Sequence record: SRR31156797_1849
DNA: 50,622 nucleotides
Reading direction: 5' to 3' (one strand)
Made by a program: the position numbers and the translations under genes
In this document: one piece after another, positions 9,522 to 18,033 of the stretch
How positions within the stretch are numbered: the stretch's first letter is position 1
Layout of the letters: each line of letters begins with the position of its first letter
Notes under the pieces: generated by a model
What the model was told of the DNA's origin: nothing
Databases searched by the model: none
The model's input: only the letters and a program-made list of their open reading frames with translations

Positions 9522-9974
9522 ATGGTTTATGATTTTTTCGTAAACCGAATCTTGAAAGGGATTTGGTGTCAGTTTAAATGGGGGGCGCTTAGCCTTACCG
9601 ATCCTATCTTTTATTTGTTTCTTTCTTTTGGTTTTGTAGGCCTTTATGTGCCTGAACCTGATTTGAAACTTTCTTTGAGTGTGTTGTTCTTAAAGGCACT
9701 GTTTGAGGAGTTTTTTTTCAGATTTCTGCTACAAGAAGGTCTTGATCGTCTTTTTAAGTACCAATGGCGATTAGGTCCGCTTAGTCTGGCTAATTTACTT
9801 GCTTCTTTGACTTTTGCATGCATGCATTTGATTCATCAGCCCCCACACTGGGCGTTGCTTACTTTTTTTCCGTCACTTGTTTTCGGTTATATATGGCAAA
9901 GATATCGCAGCTTAGTTTCGGCGACTCTTATCCACTTTGCCTACAATGCGTTTTTGTTTTATCAGTTTATGTGA
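9522..9974 (+). CDS. CPBP/CAAX-family glutamic intramembrane protease (resembles JDVT-CTERM-associated MrtJ type)
   Basis: EEFFFR (EExxxR), FACMH (FxxxH) and HFAYN (HxxxN) motifs; very hydrophobic; SLANLLAS and FFPSLVFG segments. Confidence 0.85.
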   Translation: MVYDFFVNRILKGIWCQFKWGALSLTDPIFYLFLSFGFVGLYVPEPDLKLSLSVLFLKALFEEFFFRFLLQEGLDRLFKYQWRLGPLSLANLLASLTFACMHLIHQPPHWALLTFFPSLVFGYIWQRYRSLVSATLIHFAYNAFLFYQFM

Positions 9975-10132
9975 TTTTGTCTGGATTGCGGAAAGCTTGA
10001 CGGGCGTTTGCAAGTGTAGGATGTTTGCAGGGATGCAACTCTTTAATTGTTAGAATTTAAGGATTGTCGGCTGGATGGCTGGTAATTCTATGCAGATAAA
10101 AATGATTCGTACCGGGAATACCGGTGGAGCTT

Positions 10133-12151
10133 ATGGCGCTGAATATGCTGAAAAAAGTTTGTAAATTTGTTGTAGGTTTGGTTTTGTCCATGGTCCTTAT
10201 GGTTTCTGTTGCCGTAGCACAGCCAGAAGGCGGTGACGGAGTCCATGCCAACCTTGAGAGTATTTCCCTTGTTGAATTCATCAAATTCGTAGGTCGCTAT
10301 ACCGGCAGGAATATTGTTTTTCAAAAAGGAGCCTTACCCGGCTCTCATATCAGCATTTATGCCGGGCAGTCGCTCACTGAACCGGAATTGATGGCCGTTT
10401 TTCAAGAAGTTTTGAGTGGAGCCGGGTTTCATGCCGTAACCCGGGACAATGTCACTTATGTTTTGCCGTTGAGAGATGCAAAACTTATTTCTCCTGATAT
10501 TAAAGCGTCCCCTTCTTCCGGGAATGGGGAAGAGATCATTACTTCTGTGTTTCAGCTTGAAGGGAAAATGGACCCGGCTAAGGTTCAAACAGTGCTGGCT
10601 CAAATTGCTTCAAAAATTGGGAGAATTACACCTGTTCCCATGGCCGATGCAGTAATGGTGCGGGACTTACAGGGCCATGTGAATAAAATGAAAAAGCTGC
10701 TGAACATTCTGAAAAAAGCAGGTGAGCAGCAGGAGTCGGCCCTAATTGAGTTGGATAAATCCAGTTCTAAAACTGTGGCATCAAAGCTGACTTCATTTTA
10801 TAAAAAATTGTCAACATCCGGAAAAACCGGGATTCCGCCGGTTATTGAATCTTTAGATTGGGCTAACAGTCTGCTTGTGTCTGGGAGCGGCGATCAGATC
10901 GATACTATAAAAAGACTTATTTCCAAGCTCGATAAAGGCAGCGATGTCTATTCTAAGATGAAAATTTACAGGCTGCATAACATTGAAGCGGTTGTGGCCG
11001 GTGAAGTTTTGAAGAGTCTCGTTACGGGCGGAGGTATTCCTTCTTCAAGCAATTCTGCAGAAGAAGGCTCCGGTTCGAAGTCAGAATCAACAAGTTCTTC
11101 AAAGTCGTCTGCGCCTAAGTCTTCCGATGATTCAGCTGAAATTCAAGTTTCCGCAGACGAAACTACCAACACCCTTATTGTAATGGCTAGCGCTGATCAG
11201 CTGCCCCAGATTGATAATTTCGTTGAACAATTGGATCAGGCACAGGATCAGGTCTACATCGAAGCTCTCGTTCTTGAAACTACTCTCGATAACGCCAAAG
11301 CATTCGGTGTAGAGTGGCAGGGCGGTATAGACATGGGCGGTAGCGTAGCCACCTTGGGCTACACTAAGACTAAGGACAGTAACCTCCCCGGCTATGCAGC
11401 TAATCCATCCAGTGTCCCCGGCGGTTATTCCATGGGGGTTTTGGGGGACACAATTTCTTATGCGGGTAAAAGCTTTCCTACTATTGGGGCTCTGGTTAAT
11501 TTTACCAAGTCCGCTACTGATTTTAATCTTATTTCTGCTCCTCAGATTATGACCTTGGACAATGCTGATGCTGAGATTTTTGTTGGTGAAAACAGACCAT
11601 ACAAAAGCGGAGAAAGTACAACAACAGGCAGCGGGGTTGTCTCGACTTATTCTTATAAAGATGTAGGTATTAAGCTTAAGATTACCCCTAGGATTAACCG
11701 TGAAGACGGGTTGATCAAACTTAAAGTGTATCAGACTTATAATACTGTCTCCGAGGCTAGTACATCCGAACTTCCGATAACAAATGATCGTGTAACAGAT
11801 ACAACCGTTCTGCTTGCAGATGGTTCGACCATGGTTATCGGTGGACTTATTCAGGCGGACCAGACCCGCTCTGAGTCCGGAGTTCCTTATCTTTCTGATC
11901 TCCCTTTGCTGGGCTGGCTTTTTAAGACTACAAGCAATAGTGGCAAGAAGAATACTTTGATGGTTTTTCTTTCCGCACGCATAATTCAGACTAATGAAGA
12001 ACTTGAGGCTCTGAGCAAGGCCAAGATGGACAAATACAGGAATCAGCGTAAGCGTTTTGACAGCTTCATTGATAAAGAGTTCAATACCTATAAAAATGAT
12101 TCTAAAGAATCAGATGAGAACAGTGTAAGTTCTTCTTTTTCTGATGGTTAG
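10133..12151 (+). CDS. gspD: Type II secretion secretin GspD-like
   Basis: Signal peptide, N0-N3 domains, QVYIEALVLE, APQIMTLDN, YKDVGIKLKITPRIN, VPYLSDLPLLGWLF. Start could be 10124, 10133 or 10145. Confidence 0.9.
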   Translation: MALNMLKKVCKFVVGLVLSMVLMVSVAVAQPEGGDGVHANLESISLVEFIKFVGRYTGRNIVFQKGALPGSHISIYAGQSLTEPELMAVFQEVLSGAGFHAVTRDNVTYVLPLRDAKLISPDIKASPSSGNGEEIITSVFQLEGKMDPAKVQTVLAQIASKIGRITPVPMADAVMVRDLQGHVNKMKKLLNILKKAGEQQESALIELDKSSSKTVASKLTSFYKKLSTSGKTGIPPVIESLDWANSLLVSGSGDQIDTIKRLISKLDKGSDVYSKMKIYRLHNIEAVVAGEVLKSLVTGGGIPSSSNSAEEGSGSKSESTSSSKSSAPKSSDDSAEIQVSADETTNTLIVMASADQLPQIDNFVEQLDQAQDQVYIEALVLETTLDNAKAFGVEWQGGIDMGGSVATLGYTKTKDSNLPGYAANPSSVPGGYSMGVLGDTISYAGKSFPTIGALVNFTKSATDFNLISAPQIMTLDNADAEIFVGENRPYKSGESTTTGSGVVSTYSYKDVGIKLKITPRINREDGLIKLKVYQTYNTVSEASTSELPITNDRVTDTTVLLADGSTMVIGGLIQADQTRSESGVPYLSDLPLLGWLFKTTSNSGKKNTLMVFLSARIIQTNEELEALSKAKMDKYRNQRKRFDSFIDKEFNTYKNDSKESDENSVSSSFSDG

Positions 12152-12163
12152 CAGGGCGATAAA

Positions 12164-13645
12164 TTGAGTAATTCCTATGATTTGAATCTGGTTCCGCGCG
12201 AAGTGGTGGATCTTTTTTTGACATTTCCTCAGCGTAATGAGTTTATTCCTGTGGAAGTGCAAGATAGGCAGATTAAGGTGCTTTTGCAGAATGAAGCGTC
12301 TTTACCCATGGCTGATTTTTTGGCTTGGAAGGTAGGTAAGAACGTTGTTTCGGAAATTGTATCCGAGGAAGAGTTTTTCCCTCTGCTTGAGCAGGCGTTG
12401 ACTGTCTGGGAAGAGGAAAGTGCCATTGAATCTGATTCTGATGATGCTGAGGGCGAAGATGGTCAGGACCTGCTTGGCTGGTCCCATGATGATGCTCCTA
12501 TTGTTCGTTTAGTGAATAAAACATTGCATCAGGCTATTTCCACTGGAGCCAGTGATATTCATTTTGAGGGGCAGGGTAACGGTTTCGTGGTTCGTTATCG
12601 GCAGGATGGTGTTTTGAAGGCGGTTAAGCGTCTTGATAAAGGGTTGCAGCCTACAGTGATCGCCCGTCTTAAGGTTATGGGCGAGATGGATGTTGCCGAG
12701 AGTCGTAAACCGCAGGACGGACGTATTTTTCTTAAGCTCGGACAGAAGGAAGTTGATGTCCGTGTTTCCACAATTCCTACCATGAGCGGAGAGAAGGCTG
12801 TCCTGCGTATTTTGGACCGCTCCAAGAATATTCTTAATCTTGAAGATCTCGGCCTTAAAGGGCCGGACCTTGAATTGTTCAGAAAGGTTCTTGCCCAGCC
12901 CCACGGTATTGTACTTGTTACCGGGCCTACCGGTTCTGGTAAAACCACCAGCCTTTATGCCGGACTTAGTGAACTGCCACGCGACGACAAGAATATTGTC
13001 ACCGTAGAAGATCCCGTGGAATATCAGCTTTCAGGAGTTAACCAGGTTCAGGTTAACAAGGCCGCGGGCATGACTTTTGCCACCACTATCCGTTCCTTTC
13101 TAAGGCAGGATCCGGACATTATCCTCGTTGGTGAAATTCGAGATCAGGAAACCGCAAGCACTGCTGTTCAGGCATCTCTTACCGGTCACCTTGTGCTTTC
13201 CACTTTGCATACTAACGATGCGGCCACTGCGGTGACCAGAATGCTCGATATGGGTATCGAGCCGTTCTTACTTGCATCATCACTTTCTCTTGTGCTCGGT
13301 CAGCGTCTTGTGCGCGTCAATTGTAAGCACTGTTCTCGTACTGTGGATGTTTCCGAAAATACCCATAAACTCTTTGAGGAAGTGGAAGGGCTGCCTTTAA
13401 CTCAGTCTGCCGGAGCAGGGTGTGAGCATTGTAACTTTACCGGATTCAGCGGGCGACGTGGTGTTTACGAGCTTATCCCAGTAACAGAAGATATGCGTGG
13501 GTTGATCATGGAAATGGCGTCTTCTGATCAGATTAAGGCTTACGCTAGAGAAATGGGGCGTGAGACAATGGTTGATCATGGTGTCAGGTTGGTCAAAGAA
13601 GGTGTTACTACACTTGAAGAAGTTGTCAGGGTTACTAAGCTTTAA
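12164..13645 (+). CDS. gspE: Type II secretion ATPase GspE/PulE
   Basis: ASDIHFE, RKPQDGR, Walker A GPTGSGKTT, TVEDPVE, LRQDPDIILVGEIRD, GHLVLSTLHTND, CKHC...CEHC tetracysteine. Confidence 0.93.
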   Translation: MSNSYDLNLVPREVVDLFLTFPQRNEFIPVEVQDRQIKVLLQNEASLPMADFLAWKVGKNVVSEIVSEEEFFPLLEQALTVWEEESAIESDSDDAEGEDGQDLLGWSHDDAPIVRLVNKTLHQAISTGASDIHFEGQGNGFVVRYRQDGVLKAVKRLDKGLQPTVIARLKVMGEMDVAESRKPQDGRIFLKLGQKEVDVRVSTIPTMSGEKAVLRILDRSKNILNLEDLGLKGPDLELFRKVLAQPHGIVLVTGPTGSGKTTSLYAGLSELPRDDKNIVTVEDPVEYQLSGVNQVQVNKAAGMTFATTIRSFLRQDPDIILVGEIRDQETASTAVQASLTGHLVLSTLHTNDAATAVTRMLDMGIEPFLLASSLSLVLGQRLVRVNCKHCSRTVDVSENTHKLFEEVEGLPLTQSAGAGCEHCNFTGFSGRRGVYELIPVTEDMRGLIMEMASSDQIKAYAREMGRETMVDHGVRLVKEGVTTLEEVVRVTKL

Positions 13646-13686
13646 TTCTTATAATTTTCCCATAAAACACTTGCAGGTGTATCAAT

Positions 13687-15801
13687 ATGAATATTCGTGA
13701 TGAATTTCGTAAACCAGAATGGGTCGCCGACTGGAAACTTTTTATATTTCTCGCTGTGATTTCGTTTGCTGCTGCATTTGGATTGCGTTGTTTAGAGTTT
13801 CCCAAATGGGATAACCCGGCATTTATGATCAATGGTGAGTATATCATGGGAACTCATGATGCTTACTTCTGGCTAGCCGGTGCAAAGGGGGTCGGTAACG
13901 CAGTAAATAACCCTATGTCAGGTCTTATTCGTTTTCTGGGTGGCCTGACCGGTGTTTCATATGGGAACATCGCATTCTGGCTGCCTGCTGTCTTTGCCGG
14001 GTTTACAGGGATTGCCGCATTTGCCTGGGGGCTGTTGATCGGTGGCCCTTGGGTTGGCCTGACCGGTTCTCTCTTTGCCACTACTGTTCCGGTATATTTT
14101 TTCAGAACCAGACTTTCCTATTATGATACTGATGTAGTCACATTATTTTTCCCTTTGCTGTTGTCGATTCTGTTAGCTCGGTGGATTTATTCTGGCATTA
14201 GTTCGGGGTGGCTGTCGTCCAAGGAAGATGTTCCGACGTTCAAGCCTAGGATCATTGATTATTTTCTGCCCTTGCTGGCCGGTGCGGTAACCAGCTACGG
14301 AAAGTTATGGCACGTGGATATTTACTCTTTCGGTGTTTTGAGTTTTGTCTTTGCGCTCGGACTTGCCTTGCTGCTTTCTAGAGATGAAAACCGTACTTCA
14401 TTACTGAAAGGATTGGTTGTTTTTTCTTTTGCCGCGTTTCTGGGGCTTCCCGGCCTTGTCGCTGCTTTAGGATGTGTCTTCCTGTTCCGTTCTGACCGGT
14501 TTGCCGGAAATAAATATTTATCCAACGTTTGGGTGTTGCTGGCATGCGTGCTCGGGGTTTTTCTTGGGGGGGCAGGTAATGCTCTTTATGTTACTGTTCT
14601 GGGCAAAGTTGTCGCATATATAAAGCCTGTTTCGGAAAGTGTAACCCAAAGTGGCGGGCCATTATATCCCGGAATAACTCAAAGTGTAATTGAAGCGCAA
14701 AATATCAGCCTTGGAGCTTTATTTGAAAATCTGACAGGTAGTGAAGTTCTGTCATGGTTTGGAATCGTTGGTTTTTTCTTTTTATTGTTCATGAGACCTT
14801 CCGCTGCATTTTTGCTCCCTTTTACTCTGATGATCTTTGCAGCAGTAAAGCTGGGGGGCCGTTTTTCGATGTTCGGCGGCATCACAGTGGGTATTGGAGC
14901 CTCTTTTGCTTTAATGTGGATAGGCGATAGGTTTCTCCCGAACAAAAAGAATATTTCAGTATATAAGTTTTGTGCAACTGCCGTGTTGATTTATGTCTTA
15001 GCCTCAAATTGCTGGACTGTTTTCTTCAATGCGCAGCCTACGCCGATAATGGGCAACTACCACGCAAAGGCCCTGATTGAGACCGGTGAAGCAGCTCCGG
15101 AAAACAGTATGTTTTGGACCTGGTGGGATTGGGGATATGCCACCATGTATTACACCGGGAAAGAATCATTTGCTGATGGTGGAAGGCATGGCGGAACAAT
15201 TCTCTTTCCTCTTGCGCTTCCCTACGCGACCTCATCCCCTTTGCAGGCCAGTCAGGTAATTAAGTATTCTGCAATGAATAATTATGCTCCTAGTTCTGGC
15301 TGGGATAAAATGTCTGCAAAAGAAGTTGCAAATGGTCTCCGTGTGATGTCCGAAAGTCGAGTTAATCTTCCTGTTAAAGACAAACAGTATTTTGTGGTCA
15401 GCTGGGAAAATATCAGGTTGGCTTATTGGATTTTATATTATGGTTCCTGGAACATCGAGACAGGAGTAGGGGTTCACCCCAATATTTCAGGTATTCATGA
15501 GGCATTCGGATTTGATCAATCTTCCGGTTTACTTACCTTTAATCAGGGGCAACGGGTCTTGATTAGAACATCCGATCTTCTGGCTAATGGAAGATCTGTC
15601 CATAATGAATACAAGAATAAGAGCTGGACGCATCTGATTTTCAACAAGGCAATCAGTCAGGGATATTTTGTCGATTCTTTTGCTTATAATAGCCTGCTGG
15701 TTCGTTTGTTGGTTGCAGATCCGCAGACACCAGAGATCAGTTCAAATTTCAAGCTTGTTTATGAAGGCTTTCCTCTGGTGAGAATTTATGAAGTTCTTTA
15801 G
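13687..15801 (+). CDS. pglB: STT3/PglB family oligosaccharyltransferase (N-glycosylation)
   Basis: THDAYFW, RTRLSYYDTD (DxD), SVIE, GGRF, WWDWGY and DGGRH motifs in PglB order; multi-pass TM N-terminal half plus periplasmic C-domain. Confidence 0.92.
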   Translation: MNIRDEFRKPEWVADWKLFIFLAVISFAAAFGLRCLEFPKWDNPAFMINGEYIMGTHDAYFWLAGAKGVGNAVNNPMSGLIRFLGGLTGVSYGNIAFWLPAVFAGFTGIAAFAWGLLIGGPWVGLTGSLFATTVPVYFFRTRLSYYDTDVVTLFFPLLLSILLARWIYSGISSGWLSSKEDVPTFKPRIIDYFLPLLAGAVTSYGKLWHVDIYSFGVLSFVFALGLALLLSRDENRTSLLKGLVVFSFAAFLGLPGLVAALGCVFLFRSDRFAGNKYLSNVWVLLACVLGVFLGGAGNALYVTVLGKVVAYIKPVSESVTQSGGPLYPGITQSVIEAQNISLGALFENLTGSEVLSWFGIVGFFFLLFMRPSAAFLLPFTLMIFAAVKLGGRFSMFGGITVGIGASFALMWIGDRFLPNKKNISVYKFCATAVLIYVLASNCWTVFFNAQPTPIMGNYHAKALIETGEAAPENSMFWTWWDWGYATMYYTGKESFADGGRHGGTILFPLALPYATSSPLQASQVIKYSAMNNYAPSSGWDKMSAKEVANGLRVMSESRVNLPVKDKQYFVVSWENIRLAYWILYYGSWNIETGVGVHPNISGIHEAFGFDQSSGLLTFNQGQRVLIRTSDLLANGRSVHNEYKNKSWTHLIFNKAISQGYFVDSFAYNSLLVRLLVADPQTPEISSNFKLVYEGFPLVRIYEVL

Positions 15802-15931
15802 AGCCTTATTGAATAAAATGGTTGCTAAACAAGGCTTGATAAGTTAACAATTCAATTGAAAATGGATCAAAACGCTGTGTTTTGGTTCGTTCTTTGTTTC
15901 TTACTAACCTATATCATTGGAGAAAACTGTT

Positions 15932-17923
15932 ATGAAAAAAATTACAGTTTTGATGGTTTCCATGCTGATGCTGATGGCTTCCTACGCATCCGCAGCGGTT
16001 ACTCCGGATTTCCCGGCGTACCTGAACTCCAGTTCCGACTACATTAACGGAACTGTTATGGTTTTTACAGGATTCAGTGTTAACGCTACTGCTGGTTCCG
16101 TTGTAGCCGGTACCGGTACTGAACAGCCGATTATCCCCTTTTCCAGCAACATGACTAAGGGCGACAAATCCACTCAGTTCTTTTTCAACGGAACTGGTAC
16201 TCAGTACTTTTCCAACGCTACCGTAGTTTCCTACAACGCTACTAAAGGTCAGTGGGGACTGAACGGTACTTCCATGATGTTTACCTTCGGTAACAACACC
16301 GGTAACATCGTTGACACCGTAATGCTCGGTGCAAAAGCAACCAACGGCGCTGCTCCTTTCAACGGAACCACTGCTACTGGTCGTCCTTTCTTTATCCCTG
16401 CAGGTAACTACCAGATGATGGTTGGTCTTGCTAACGGTACCCTCGGTGACAAGCATCAGGCTGACGCTCAGGTTGCTGGTGTTATCCCCGCAGCTGGTGG
16501 TCCTAAGTCTGGTCTGTCCATGCCTATGATGTACGCTAACGGTACTTTCGAAGGCATCAACAGCTCCTCCGACACTTGGGATTACTACGCATACGGTGTA
16601 GCTAACGAATACCCCGTAATGGTATTTGCTCAGGTTCAGATTACCGCTATGAACGGTGATGCTAACGCTCAGGTTAAGTACTTCGTTGATAACGCTACTT
16701 CTACCATCACTGACAACACCTCCTCTTGGATGAACTACAACGCTACCAACATGCAGGAATCCAACGGTGGCGTGATGGCTCTGACCAGAAGCGGTGGCAT
16801 GTCCCTCTTCGAAAACGCAACCATCAACGTAGACCAGAACATGGTTACCGGTTACGTTTACACCGACACCATCAAGCTTTTTGGTGTAATGGTTAAGAGT
16901 GGTACTACCCTTAGCTCTGACGACGTTAAAAACCGTGGTTTCAACATGATTTATGTTGGTTCCGGTTACGATTCCAACAGCCTCGGTAACGCAACTGCTG
17001 GTGTCCTGCAGTTCAACGCTGATGATAACCTGACCCTCGCTGGTAACGCTCGTGTTCTCGAAGACGGCGCAACAGGCGCACAGGTAGCAACCGACGCATC
17101 TCTCGGTGGCTTCTCTCTCGCTCTTGCTTCCACCAGCCAGTTCGGTCTCTCCCAGTCTAACATGACTGTATACGCAGCTGACGGAACTACCGTTGTAGGT
17201 AACTTCTACGGTAAACAGTCTGCTGATAAAGTATTCTCCGTAGGTTTCTTTGAAGATGCAGACGGCTACCGCGGTCTCTCTTTCATGATCCCCACTCAGG
17301 CTAGCACCACTGCTGCTGCTACTGCAGCTTCCGGTTACCAGCACAACTCTACTGCGACTCTGGCACCTGTATGGTTTACCCAGAACGCAACTGGTTACAC
17401 CTCCGTAGCTCTTAAAGCTCGTTGGACTAGCGTACCTTCTGACTTCACTCCTCTGACTGACGTTAAAGGTTATGACACTAGCGTAACTGGCCAGAAAGGC
17501 GACTACTACTTCTCCTCTCAGTACCAGATGTCTGGTATTAGCGGTAAAGTTGAGAACCTCCGCCTCTACAAGCTGATGACCAACTCTGCTAACAGCCACA
17601 TGTTCACCTACGCATCTTCTGCAACTCCTTCTACTGACGGTTCCTGGTGGATTTCTACCGCGGCTGCTGACGGTTACCTGAACCCGAACTCCGTTCTTGA
17701 TCCTGCCACTTCCTACTACGTAACTTGGGTTGTAAAAGACAACGGTACTTACGATGCTAACTCCACTGCAGCTGGTATCCTTGACCCGGTTGTACTTGGT
17801 TCTGTTCCTAACTCCTCCAGCTCCTCCGGTTGTGTATTCAACCCCGCAGCTGGTTTCGGTCTGGAATGGCTCCTGCTGATGCTTGCTCCCATGGTTGCTA
17901 TCGTACGTAGCCGCTTCAAGTAG
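15932..17923 (+). CDS. Secreted S-layer-like glycoprotein candidate with Cys-containing C-terminal sorting signal (JDVT/Synerg-CTERM-like)
   Basis: GGAG RBS, Sec signal ending ASA, A/G/S/T/N-rich, 25 N-X-S/T sequons (hand count), tail SSSSSGCVFNPAAGFGLEWLLLMLAPMVAIVRSRFK, extreme codon bias. Confidence 0.8.
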   Translation: MKKITVLMVSMLMLMASYASAAVTPDFPAYLNSSSDYINGTVMVFTGFSVNATAGSVVAGTGTEQPIIPFSSNMTKGDKSTQFFFNGTGTQYFSNATVVSYNATKGQWGLNGTSMMFTFGNNTGNIVDTVMLGAKATNGAAPFNGTTATGRPFFIPAGNYQMMVGLANGTLGDKHQADAQVAGVIPAAGGPKSGLSMPMMYANGTFEGINSSSDTWDYYAYGVANEYPVMVFAQVQITAMNGDANAQVKYFVDNATSTITDNTSSWMNYNATNMQESNGGVMALTRSGGMSLFENATINVDQNMVTGYVYTDTIKLFGVMVKSGTTLSSDDVKNRGFNMIYVGSGYDSNSLGNATAGVLQFNADDNLTLAGNARVLEDGATGAQVATDASLGGFSLALASTSQFGLSQSNMTVYAADGTTVVGNFYGKQSADKVFSVGFFEDADGYRGLSFMIPTQASTTAAATAASGYQHNSTATLAPVWFTQNATGYTSVALKARWTSVPSDFTPLTDVKGYDTSVTGQKGDYYFSSQYQMSGISGKVENLRLYKLMTNSANSHMFTYASSATPSTDGSWWISTAAADGYLNPNSVLDPATSYYVTWVVKDNGTYDANSTAAGILDPVVLGSVPNSSSSSGCVFNPAAGFGLEWLLLMLAPMVAIVRSRFK

Positions 17924-17967
17924 TAAGTTGATGCATCTCTGGGTCATTAGATCTAGACGCTGATTAT

Positions 17968-18000
17968 ATGGAGAGTCGGATTATTCCGGCTCTCCATTTT
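17968..18000 (+). terminator. Rho-independent terminator after the surface protein gene
   Basis: ATGGAGAGTCGGA / TCCGGCTCTCCAT stem followed by a short T run. Confidence 0.75.
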
Positions 18001-18033
18001 CGTCTTTAAGGTTTTAGAAAAGGTTGGCTAGCC

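Noticed and set aside
9997-10022. Sigma70 promoter TTGACG...TAGGAT upstream of gspD
   Set aside because: The spacer is only 14 nt.
10133-13645. Type IV pilus PilQ/PilB or filamentous-phage secretin
   Set aside because: The N0-N3 architecture is GspD-like with no AMIN domains; no pilin, pilM-P or phage genes nearby.
15914-17947. 677-aa antisense ORF as a real gene
   Set aside because: It is exactly in register with the sense gene and explained by the absence of TTA/CTA/TCA codons. The product is V/S/T-rich with no motif.
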